Assembly (NCBI GenBank): GCA_002794465.1
Contig: MTSL01000170.1
Location: forward strand, 1 to 14,202
Reading direction: 5' to 3'
Length of the DNA: 14,202 nt
Origin: Paramicrosporidium saccamoebae KSL3
Lineage: Eukaryota; Fungi; Cryptomycota
The notes beneath the pieces were generated by a model. The model saw only the letters and a program-made list of their open reading frames with translations, was not told the DNA's origin and made no database searches. Both the position numbers and the translations under genes were made by a program. Positions 1 through 8,361 of the stretch are shown here, piece after piece (position 1 is the stretch's first letter; each line of letters starts with the position of its first letter).

Positions 1-245
1 GGGGGGGGAGTATTATGATGTGGCAATTGCGGCGTATTATATATTAATTTGATATTGTAAAGGGGAAAAGAGCAGACTGGATTAGCTTATAAGTGGCTGA
101 CAGTCTTTTTATCGAGAGTCAACCAACCGAATGAATGTGATTGCGTCTTTTCTAGTCTGGCATGTGCGATAAGCGGCTCCTGTACTTAGGCCATTGCGAC
201 ACTGCGTTACAACAAGGATTGCAGAACGTGTTTGTCGAATCAACA

Positions 246-452
246 GGAGGTGGACGCGCTACAATCTTCCAATGGGCTTATGGGAAATCCGAAGCTCTCC
301 CAAATGGCTGTTATGTACAGATTAAGAGATCATAGTGTCGCGTAGTGGGGATAATACCAGGGACTTTGTCAGGCGGAAAGAGACGAGAAGAGAATTTATT
401 CAGTCAATCCAACGACCCTTTTATGGCCTCACAAATAGCATAATCCTCAAAT
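246..452 (+). pseudogene. Degraded fragment of the secreted ankyrin-like family (copy 0)
   Basis: 246-305 reads GGGRATIFQWAYGKSEALPN, matching MGGHAKILQWVYDKSRTLPD of 10812..12833 also at DNA level (ggtggacgcgctacaatcttccaatgggcttatgggaaatcc vs ggtggacacgccaaaatcctccaatgggtttatgacaagtcc). Weaker downstream patches (agattaagagatcatagtg, ctcacaaatag, atcctcaaatgg) also match copy 4. In-frame TAG stops flank the segment and there is no start or signal peptide. Confidence 0.65.
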
Positions 453-563
453 GGTAAGATATAGATCTCTTTATCCTTCATCGATTGTTCTGATTGTCCC
501 TTCTCCAAACTAGGGAACTATTTCCAAAAGTCATGCTAATCAGTCTACTACGTCACAATAGCA

Positions 564-640
564 TCCAATCATAACCAATCCACTCACCATATGTAACCTA
601 TCAACCTAATAGTCGACTCGTCGAGTGGCGAAGCTGTACA
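564..640 (+). promoter_or_regulatory. Family-shared promoter: CCAAT box plus start-proximal AGTGGCG-A..TGTA motif (copy 1)
   Basis: tccaatcataa at 564-574 (CCAAT about 76 nt before the ATG) and gtcgagtggcgaagctgtaca immediately before ATG 641. The same arrangement occurs upstream of copies 2 and 3. Confidence 0.55.
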
Positions 641-1543
641 ATGAGACTCTTTGGTATAGCTCGTCGTATGCTCTGGCCTTTGGGGGTACTGCTCTTGTTG
701 CATTTTAGTCAGGGGGCGGACTCTAGTGTGGGCAGCTTGAAAGAGCATGGAAAAGGTGCCGAGTCGCAGTTATCAGGCACTGCCACCCTGTCGGGTGAAG
801 CTGACAATCTGGTTGCAAAAATGAAGAATGCAGCTGTCACTACACTAATTGAACCGACTAAGATGGATTATACTAACGACATCAACAAACTAATCGAGAT
901 GGGACGCCATCTGGACCTCCTCGAGCTTGAAAAAACCCTGGAGAAGCGTCATGGAAATGCAGGAGATGACCCTAATCTCATTGCTGATCATTATGACCAA
1001 ATGTCCTGCTCTCACAGACGCCACAAAATTAGTGCAGTCAGCACTCGAAAAAATATACTACAAAGCTCTACGCTGTCTTGTGCATCATCCGATTCGGAAG
1101 GATCGGGCGCAGGAGCGTTGGTATTGGGGCATGATAAGATGGCGCCCGAGGAGGCATACCTAAGGGTTTTCAAGTGGATTGCGTCAAAGAGAGATGGCAC
1201 TGTCGAGGTTGAACAAGGGACAATGATCCACGCTGCCAGAAGGGGACACGTGCGAATTTTCCAGTGGCTACGTCAAAGAGGACTGCTCATAACTGAAGAG
1301 GTCGTGAAGGAGGCTGCACAATGGAGTAGAATTTCGATTCTATAGGAGATTCACCCATTGTTGGTGGATACTGTGGAGGTTGCCAATCAAGTAGCAAACG
1401 GTTTGGGTGGAGGCGCGATGTCTTGGAGTGGAGGTGGGGGGGGGGCGCTTTTAACACTCCCAACCAAAGTGAAAAAAGATGATAGATATCTCAAGGAGTG
1501 GGTAGAAGACAGACACCAACAGTTGGCGCGATTACGCAGATAA
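641..1543 (+). pseudogene. Secreted ankyrin-like family copy 1: internally deleted, frameshifted, with in-frame TAG at 1343-1345
   Basis: Signal-peptide-like N-terminus MRLFGIARRMLWPLGVLLLLHFSQG. Homology to 8362..10443 switches frame at about 1000 (CPALTDATKLVQSALEKIYYKALRCLVHHPIRKDRAQERWYW in another frame) and returns at about 1135 after a deletion of roughly 1.2 kb. After the TAG it continues as EIHPLLVDTVEVAN...LPTKV..YLKEWVEDR. It could still make a truncated 234-aa product. Confidence 0.8.
1436..1445 (+). repeat. G10 homopolymer inside copy 1
   Basis: Ten consecutive G where copy 3 has tggaaggcg. Confidence 0.9.
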
Positions 1544-1795
1544 TCGGAATTATAATTGGTGTGACTGATGGCTCCAGATGTCCGTGCCATGCAAGTCAGT
1601 GTTTGCCCTGTCTTTGGTGACCCTTTTCTTTACCCTCCCTTGGGCCAGAATCCACATGGAATTGAATCCTATTGTTTTTATAGTTCAAGGGGAGTAAAAA
1701 ATGATTACAATGCGCTCTGGCATGATCTTTGGTCTACCCGCATTGTCACCGTACACTCCATAATACTGATTACTTGAGTAGCTAATAGAGATTGT

Positions 1796-2794
1796 TTATA
1801 CTTTGGCAATTAGCACAGTAATGTCGTCACGTCTGCCTCCGACGCATTCCTCGACATCGATTTTGTCACCATCCTTGGAGCGGATGCACTGTCTCTTGCC
1901 CTCTTTGGCCTGGAGTGCACGTTCCATGACACTGCGGGCGGCAACTTTGACAGTACCCACCACCTCGGCCACCACGTCAGCTTCGCTCAGGTTATCCCAT
2001 AATCCGTCAGTGGCGAGAAGCACATAATCATCGGCTTGGATGGGGATAGCATCAATAATCATGCGAGTGACCGAATCGGGACGATGAGCAGCGAGTTGTT
2101 CATGCTTCCTCCCTGTTCGTTGACGCGGACTACGATAAACCACTTGGCCATCCCGCACAACCCGCGCCTCACTATCCCCCAACGTGAGGACGTACAATGT
2201 ATTGTCACGACGATAGGCCGCTGACAGCGTAGCTGCACCAGGCAGACGCACTTCCACCAACAGCTCCTCCACTGCCTTTGCTGCGCGATACAGTTCCTCC
2301 TCCACTGAAACGGTGCGATTCAGTCGTGGCAGCGTTACTCGTAGAAACTCGACTATTTGAAAGGAGAAAAAGTCTGAATCAGGGTCGCGGGTGATGCCAT
2401 CGCTGACAATCATAAAGTCTCCCTCTATTGTCTGCGAATCGTCTCCAAATGTCTGTGTTGTCCGGGTGTCCCGGAAATAATGCGGTACTACTCCGTGCTT
2501 CGGCATGGCTGCGCCATACCAATCGCTCCACATGACGGGAGGCGTCGGCACTTGAGGAAACTCGAGGGGCACAAGGACTGTGTGGAAATAGTCAAAGATT
2601 TCTGCACAATGACGCTGTTTCTTGCGATTGCTGCAAATTTCTCTAAAATAGCCCCAATCGGTCTCGGTAGGACGGTCATTCCGTTCAATCAGATCATCGA
2701 GGACGGTCTGCAGCTGCTGATTGTGGAGGGCAGAGATGCTCTCAGAGGAGCAATTAACAGCAGCGAGTAGCGTCAATAAGAAGGGCAATTGCAT
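1796..2794 (-). CDS. PP2C/PPM-family Ser/Thr phosphatase (PTC7/Azr1-like) with apparent N-terminal signal peptide, 332 aa
   Basis: PPM motifs in order: GDD, IVSDG, TLGDS, LLATDGLWDNL, RRDDITV. The N-terminus MQLPFLLTLLAAVNCS is short and hydrophobic. Confidence 0.85.
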   Translation of the reverse strand: MQLPFLLTLLAAVNCSSESISALHNQQLQTVLDDLIERNDRPTETDWGYFREICSNRKKQRHCAEIFDYFHTVLVPLEFPQVPTPPVMWSDWYGAAMPKHGVVPHYFRDTRTTQTFGDDSQTIEGDFMIVSDGITRDPDSDFFSFQIVEFLRVTLPRLNRTVSVEEELYRAAKAVEELLVEVRLPGAATLSAAYRRDNTLYVLTLGDSEARVVRDGQVVYRSPRQRTGRKHEQLAAHRPDSVTRMIIDAIPIQADDYVLLATDGLWDNLSEADVVAEVVGTVKVAARSVMERALQAKEGKRQCIRSKDGDKIDVEECVGGRRDDITVLIAKV

Positions 2795-3047
2795 TGTGTA
2801 TCGGCTATCAATGCGACATACTTATAGACAATGTTCCACCATGTAAACAAACTACCACTTCTGAAATCAGTCATATTGCACCGGCGATTTTGTGTTTACA
2901 ATTGTGGTGATTTTGACAACTATGACAATTTGTATTCATGATAAATGCTAGTTATTCTCGTCATTCTCAAGTTGTGACCATACTGGGATCCATTCAAATA
3001 TTTGCAGTTGCTGATTGGTCCCTACTCTCATCCACCACACGGTTGAA

Positions 3048-3721
3048 ATGTCAAGTGAGGATGGTCCACGAGTAAACCATCTGCGACTGGCGCTGCACAA
3101 AATGCTCCATGCCACCCTCAAAAACTGCAGGTAGAGTCTCTTCATTGGGATGATAGTGTAGTGGACCGGAAAAGACTGAGCAGTGTTTTCCATTCACATT
3201 GACCAGCGAACAGATAACCCGACTCGACGAGTTGCTGACTGCTGAGCTCCAGGCCGTCTATTCTGACGTCCAAGTACTTTATTAGCTATTGTCGTCTGAG
3301 TTTAGGGCTCGTTTGAGCAGCTTCTGAAGGAAAAGGATCTTCCCGCCAAATTGAACCAAGTGGACGCGTTTCTCCGTGCCCACCCCACTGCCTCACCCGC
3401 TCCCAAACTGTATCCTTATTGCACATTTAACGCTTTAGTACTCCAGTAGAGGCAGTTCATGCGGCCGTAGCCCGTCCCAAATTGGCCGCTATGGAGCGGC
3501 TCCAATCATCGGTTGAGCATCTTGAATGGCAAACGAGTCAACGTCGTGCTGAACTGTCTGCACGACGGTCGGCTCTATCAAAGCGATGCGAACACGTGCG
3601 AGACACACAAACATTATACGGCGTAGCATTCGGAGAGGTGTTGGCTGCACCCACTGGAGAAATGGAGCGACTTGTGGATCGGATGGTGCATCAAGTGCCA
3701 AAGTCGAATGAATCCTGTTAG
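3048..3721 (+). CDS. NNF1: Kinetochore MIND/Mis12 complex subunit Nnf1/PMF1, 4 exons: 3048-3130, 3162-3273, 3306-3409, 3439-3721 (193 aa)
   Basis: Three GT-AG introns (31, 32, 29 nt) join into one open frame of 582 nt: MSSEDGPRVNHLRLALHKMLHATLKNCSGPEKTEQCFPFT...SFEQLLKEKDLPAKLNQVDAFL...LTPVEAVHAAVARPKLAAMERL... The CFP motif, F..LL.E.DL..KLN..D, LTP.E motif, C-terminal coiled coil and length all fit Nnf1/PMF1. Confidence 0.8.
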
Positions 3722-3860
3722 AATATAGTGCGGAAATGACTAGCGACAAGTGACGATGTGACAAGTAGTGTCTATTATTACAGCCATCCTTCAATGTATC
3801 TTATAGTGTACTTGGGTGTATTTTACAACATAATCGAGAATGCATTTGAAAGTGTAATTT

Positions 3861-3923
3861 ACACTATACACTATGCACTATACACTATGCACTATACACT
3901 GTGCATTATACATTACGCACTAC
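3861..3923. repeat. Tandem heptamer repeat (RCACTAT) x9 with alternating 14-bp higher-order structure
   Basis: acactat acactat gcactat acactat gcactat acactgt gcattat acattac gcactac. Confidence 0.9.
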
Positions 3924-3980
3924 AGCGTATATCAGCCTCGACATCTTATCTTGTAAAATGGCGGTTAAGGATAATTGGTA

Positions 3981-5777
3981 ATGGGTAATGAGTGTGAGAT
4001 GGTGGAAAGAGTTGAGCGATTGGTAACCGACTTTGGACGTGCATGTGTCGCATTTTATGAGACGTGTCGGAAACGCTCGCCCGGAAGATTGGATAATCTG
4101 CAGCCGTGTCAGAAGAGACGCATTAAGCCGACATTGGTGGCGTCTTTTGGGTTGGTGGGTCGACTGGACGGGGTAGAACAAATTGAGCCAGTGTTCACCA
4201 GAACCACCAAAGACATGTCCAATGACGATAATTCGGGTCCCAAACTACACAAAGCCTGGCACACGGACATTCTCCCCCTCCTCGCCACTTCAGAAGAGGT
4301 GGATGCGGGTTGGATTAGTTTAGTGGGTCTGAATGGCATGGTTCGATGTCTGCGCTCATCTCAACAGTTTATGGAGAGCAGTCTGGAACAAGGACTGTCC
4401 CTCCTCAAGGAACCCGGATCTTTTGAGCTGTTGGAGCTACTTGCAATAGTATGTGCAGTGCTTAAAAAATATTCGCTAGTCTTATTTCGATTGGCTCCCA
4501 GTCAGGCGCTCGTTTTACGTGAAAACCATTTGTTCCGGTTCTGTGCTGATGCAGAACTATTTAGTCGACACTCTCTCAGTTGGGCTCGACAGGGCTCCCT
4601 TGCAGACAATGAAAGTAGCGATTCGTCTCTCGATGCTGTGCCACTCGCCTATCTCGACCGACGCGATTCACGGAACACGTGTGATCATCAGCTGCTGCAC
4701 GCCAACCAACAGAAATTGCGCGATCATCTGCTCAATTGGATCCGTTTGCATTGCTACGCTCCTGATGGCGCACGATTGGCCAGCGAAGCCACGCGAATGT
4801 TGCATGGAGACAATTTCGGCTGGTTTGCCGAGTTGCTCTTGCACGAATATGAGCAGTTGGCAAATCGTCCTCGATTGGCAAAGTTGGAAGAACGTCTTAC
4901 CAAAGGTGGCGATAATCCCGTTTTATTATTTGTCACATGGTCTGATTCATATCGTCTCACTATTGCGTTGCAACAGGTCATCTTTACGCTGATAGAAACC
5001 ATTATGGCTCCCATCATCGATGGCACCACTCGAGCTGAGCCAAAGTTTTCCAATTCGGTGATCCGGCTGACTGCTCTGGGGCGTTTATTGGCTGTCTGTA
5101 CCAGTAAACAGGTGGGCCGCTATGAAGATCCGGTTCTTTGCTTCGTCAGAGATTCGATATTGGAGGCCTGGAGTGGCGGCTATCTGCTGACTGTGCTTCC
5201 TTGGGCCCTCACCTGGCTCCGTGATTCCTGCCATGGCATGGCCGCTGTGACGGAGCTGTCTAAATTGCACTTTGATCATCCCGCAATCAAGTTACTATTG
5301 GATGCCTTTCCGATGGATGAGACAGATTTCGTCCTACCAAAGAGACAGTCCACTAATTCAGCTCTAACTATTCCTCTTGACGGAGAGTATGAGCTGTGCG
5401 GTATGGAACGCATTCTGTCCAATGTTATACCCGAATTTAAAACTCTTCTCTCTGAAATTTCTCTCATCAATATCACCCCCACGCCCATTCAAGTCGCCCT
5501 TCCTCCCGCAAAACCACCTCGAAAAGTACGACCCACTCCGAGTAGTTCTCCCAGCGCATTGCAGAAAAAGCTGCGACAATGGCTGTGGTGGCAGTATCCC
5601 ACGTTGCGCGAAGTGGGCGAAGTGCTTGGTCGGCATCTCGAGGGACGTCCCCTCCCGGAGTGTGTCAATGTCATTTGGAGTGTCGTCCCCCCCTTATTAC
5701 CGCCGCCATTAAATGAGCATGAGCGCATGAGGGATCTGGTAATTGCCCTATTTCTTGAACTTGTTCAGTCTGGATAG
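3981..5777 (+). CDS. CDAN1: Codanin-1-like protein (ASF1-binding histone supply regulator), about 598 aa
   Basis: Recognisable codanin-1 blocks in order: B-domain-like KRRIKPT, N(Q)QKLRD, RLAKLEERL, WSDSYRL, RLTALGRLL, LLTVLPW, RKVRPT, LQKKLRQWLWWQYPTLREVGEVL (Codanin-1_C-like). First ATG at 3981; alternative ATG at 3999. Confidence 0.72.
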   Translation: MGNECEMVERVERLVTDFGRACVAFYETCRKRSPGRLDNLQPCQKRRIKPTLVASFGLVGRLDGVEQIEPVFTRTTKDMSNDDNSGPKLHKAWHTDILPLLATSEEVDAGWISLVGLNGMVRCLRSSQQFMESSLEQGLSLLKEPGSFELLELLAIVCAVLKKYSLVLFRLAPSQALVLRENHLFRFCADAELFSRHSLSWARQGSLADNESSDSSLDAVPLAYLDRRDSRNTCDHQLLHANQQKLRDHLLNWIRLHCYAPDGARLASEATRMLHGDNFGWFAELLLHEYEQLANRPRLAKLEERLTKGGDNPVLLFVTWSDSYRLTIALQQVIFTLIETIMAPIIDGTTRAEPKFSNSVIRLTALGRLLAVCTSKQVGRYEDPVLCFVRDSILEAWSGGYLLTVLPWALTWLRDSCHGMAAVTELSKLHFDHPAIKLLLDAFPMDETDFVLPKRQSTNSALTIPLDGEYELCGMERILSNVIPEFKTLLSEISLINITPTPIQVALPPAKPPRKVRPTPSSSPSALQKKLRQWLWWQYPTLREVGEVLGRHLEGRPLPECVNVIWSVVPPLLPPPLNEHERMRDLVIALFLELVQSG

Positions 5778-6872
5778 TCGTGATGGGACGTCTGATGGTT
5801 GTGCCATTTGTTGAATTTGCTTGGTCGGGATAAGGGGTATCATGACTATGTCATTTCCTAAACTCGTTCAGTCTTATTCAACTTGTTCGGTCGGGGTGAT
5901 CCCACTCTTTCTGCGCTGTTGGCCACAATGTTAAATGTAATGAATAACGGCGTGTGATCCCGGCCTAGCCAATGAATTTTTCACTGATCAAGCACTACTG
6001 TTACCTGACTTTATTTCTCATTCCTGGTGTCCTGCCAACGCGAACCCCGCCGCTTCCTCAGAATACAATCCATGCAAAGTCAACCAGTTCGGATGAGACG
6101 AGCTTAACGGCCAGCCACCTGGCTTAGCGTATGCTTCAATAAATCCTACTGAGTTTCCAACCCCATTCGTGGTGCCAAAGAAACACATACAAGAGTCGAG
6201 ATTTCCTGAATCAATAACTTCCAGTAAGCATATCGAAGGAACCTGCCTGGTCAGACCATCACCTTCCAAGATAACGGTGGACATGGCTATCGGACAATAT
6301 CAAATTATCTTGACAATCCGGGTACAAACTACGTCGAAACTGCCTGGCACCGCTTGTCTGCTCAGCAGGCTTTGCCATGAGAATCAACAATGATCCTCGA
6401 GTAGGCTGATTAACAGTCTCTCCTTATAATTGGCAGTCCTGAAGCAGTAGCGATATCAGTCTTCCACGGGTTGCTCCAAATATAGCGTCTCTAAACTAAG
6501 GGAGTATCCTCAAAGAGCGTGCAATCAGTTTACTCTATCACAACAAGACAGTTCCACCGAGATTGGTAGCCGCAGCGTAGCATTAAGCACGTCTTACCAT
6601 CTTCCGTACACAGATGGTGATGGACCAGGATTTACAACAAAAGGACCGCCATTTTCAACCTGTCTGTGCCCTTGCTGCTACACTAAATTAGGCCGTTTAT
6701 GTCCGGGATCTCTAGCGTTTCTCAAGGTTTCGCAGAACTGATCACAAAATTACTGCGAGACCATTGAAAGTGGGTCCTGTGGTGCGCTATCCATACTTCG
6801 GCTGTTGTTGTTGCGGAACCGATAACAAGCACAACCATGCGTCTCAGTGACAGAGGCAGGCACTTGCTCGTC

Positions 6873-6898
6873 TAGCGCCCGTTTAGCGCCCGTTTAGC
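6873..6898. repeat. Short tandem duplication (tagcgcccgtt) x2.4
   Basis: tagcgcccgtt tagcgcccgtt tagc, just 3' of the copy 2 stop. Confidence 0.8.
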
Positions 6899-6944
6899 TG
6901 ATTTGGAATGAACTTTATTTTGCAACGGTTCGTATTATTTGCGC

Positions 6945-7895
6945 TTACAAATCGTAGAAAACCTCTATTAGTCTGCGGTCTTGGTCTTGCTCCGAAGCCA
7001 ATGCTTCCAACAATCCATAATACAGCGACGGGTCGATCTCGCGAATCGCCTCTTGAATTTCGACGTTATGAGGCTTTGCAGCCATCAAAAAAACGTCGTA
7101 AGTTATCTGCGGTCCACGTTTATACAACCATCGGAAAACGTTTGCATGACCCAATTCGGCGGCACGGTAAAGCAATGGTTGTTCAAACTCGATCGTGCCC
7201 TCTGCTTCGAATTCGATCCATTCAAAAGCCTGCAGATACACCTTCTCGGAAATATTACGAGTTTGATAATAAATATAACTCGCACGTGGCAGCTCATTAT
7301 TGAACAGAGTGCTCCTCATCCAGTCCCTCTCCTCCTTATTATTGTCTCTGATGGCGTAAATAATGCACTGTACTGCATTAATACAATACGGACGATCTCC
7401 ACGCGCTATTCGGGTACTGTCAGTATCAAAAATCCAACGCAAAACAGAATAATGGCCCATATCACAGGCTTCTGTTACAGCCCGGTTTTGCGGAAGAGCT
7501 CCCGACGCTTTGTAAATCCAGTTGAGAATGTCAATGTGACCGCTTTTAGCTGCGGCATCTGCTACGTCAGTCCAAGGAAAATTTAGCATTAGGTCTGGCT
7601 CAGCGAATGCTGCCTGTAGTTCGGTCAACTTGCCTTCTGATGCTAGTAAACAAAGAGCGTCGACCTCGCTCACGTGTTGAGTCGACAGAGTGAGAATAAC
7701 GTTGTCCATGCCTGTAGCTGACTCGGGAACATTTAGCTTTCCACCAGCTCTAACCGGCGGCACCTGCGGCTCAGCACCACTCTTACTCGGTTCACTCAAA
7801 CTCGTCACGGCAGAGTCGACTTCTCGACCCAAATGCAACAAGAAAAGTGCCCCCGCATACCAAAGCGTACGAAGTGTTATACCAGGGAGCCTCAT
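6945..7895 (-). CDS. Secreted degenerate ankyrin-like repeat protein, short form (copy 2), 316 aa
   Basis: Intact ORF with a hydrophobic N-terminus MRLPGITLRTLWYAGALFLLHLG. Repeats AAAKSGHIDILNWI, EACDMGHYSVLRWI and RAAELGHANVFRWL. Clearly paralogous to the C-terminal half of 8362..10443. Confidence 0.85.
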   Translation of the reverse strand: MRLPGITLRTLWYAGALFLLHLGREVDSAVTSLSEPSKSGAEPQVPPVRAGGKLNVPESATGMDNVILTLSTQHVSEVDALCLLASEGKLTELQAAFAEPDLMLNFPWTDVADAAAKSGHIDILNWIYKASGALPQNRAVTEACDMGHYSVLRWIFDTDSTRIARGDRPYCINAVQCIIYAIRDNNKEERDWMRSTLFNNELPRASYIYYQTRNISEKVYLQAFEWIEFEAEGTIEFEQPLLYRAAELGHANVFRWLYKRGPQITYDVFLMAAKPHNVEIQEAIREIDPSLYYGLLEALASEQDQDRRLIEVFYDL

Positions 7896-8361
7896 CGTAC
7901 AGCTGCGCCACTTTGGCAGCCATTTATTCGTTGGAGAAATTATTCTAGGTGTCTATCCATTATGATTGGACGATGCGATTAGCCACTCCATAAAGTGATA
8001 AAATAATTGGTCGATTTTATCGATGGCAGGTTAGTTGCAACCCGCAAAGTCCAAGAAGCCTAACAGAGAAGATTTGACTGTCCCCTTTCCTTTTGGGCAG
8101 CCTATGAGAGGCTTGCAGAATACTAATCGAAGAGTTTTCTCTTACCGGGACAAATAGTTGTCCATGTCCGTGGCAATTTCTCCAAGAAAGATTATTGCTG
8201 TCGAGTACTGCACACGGCAGCCACCTCGCGTAGCGGCACGCTCCAATACGTCCTGCTTTTACATACAGACGAAGAGATCATGCCATCCAATAACAACCCA
8301 CTGTTAATTACAATTTAATTTCCTCTGAATCAATAAAAGACTGTCAAAGTGGCGCAAATGT
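7896..8361. promoter_or_regulatory. Divergent promoter region of copies 2 and 3, each with CCAAT box and G(C/T)CAAAGTGGCGCA motif
   Basis: Minus strand: tccaatcataa (7970-7960) and gccaaagtggcgcagctgtacg-ATG. Plus strand: tccaataacaa (from 8286) and gtcaaagtggcgcaaatgt-ATG (8343-8361). Confidence 0.55.

Noticed and set aside
1-8. G8 run at the window start
   Set aside because: Truncated by the window edge and uninterpretable.
927-1163. 78-aa ORF as an independent gene
   Set aside because: It is the shifted-frame continuation of copy 1 homology.
1343-1345. Possible reassignment or readthrough of TAG (alternative genetic code) in copy 1
   Set aside because: TAG terminates NNF1, the codanin-like gene and copies 3 and 4 at expected positions. 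The stop in copy 1 coincides with a 9-nt deletion relative to its paralogues.
2948-3193. 81-aa minus-strand ORF
   Set aside because: Antisense shadow of NNF1 exons 1-2; no recognisable motifs.
3482-3721. 79-aa ORF as a stand-alone gene
   Set aside because: It is part of the last exon of the spliced NNF1 model.
3861-3923. Possible CRISPR array or telomeric repeat
   Set aside because: There are no spacers, the unit is 7 bp, the context is eukaryotic and internal, and it is not a G-rich telomere-type unit.
3758-3988. 76-aa ORF with a YTLHYA-like repeat
   Set aside because: It is a translation of the heptamer satellite, with no ATG start.
6224-6254. Candidate 31-nt GTAAGC...CAG intron that might rescue a plus-strand gene
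   Set aside because: The upstream exon has an in-frame TAA in the required phase, so no coherent model results.
6018-6284. GGWP motif reminiscent of M13 peptidases
   Set aside because: A four-residue match in an 88-aa ORF with no other family motifs is insufficient.
6981-7586. 201-aa plus-strand ORF sharing NPTQNRIMAH with the minus ORF at 9709..10065
   Set aside because: Both are antisense readings of paralogous segments of copies 2 and 3; the similarity is explained by the sense genes.
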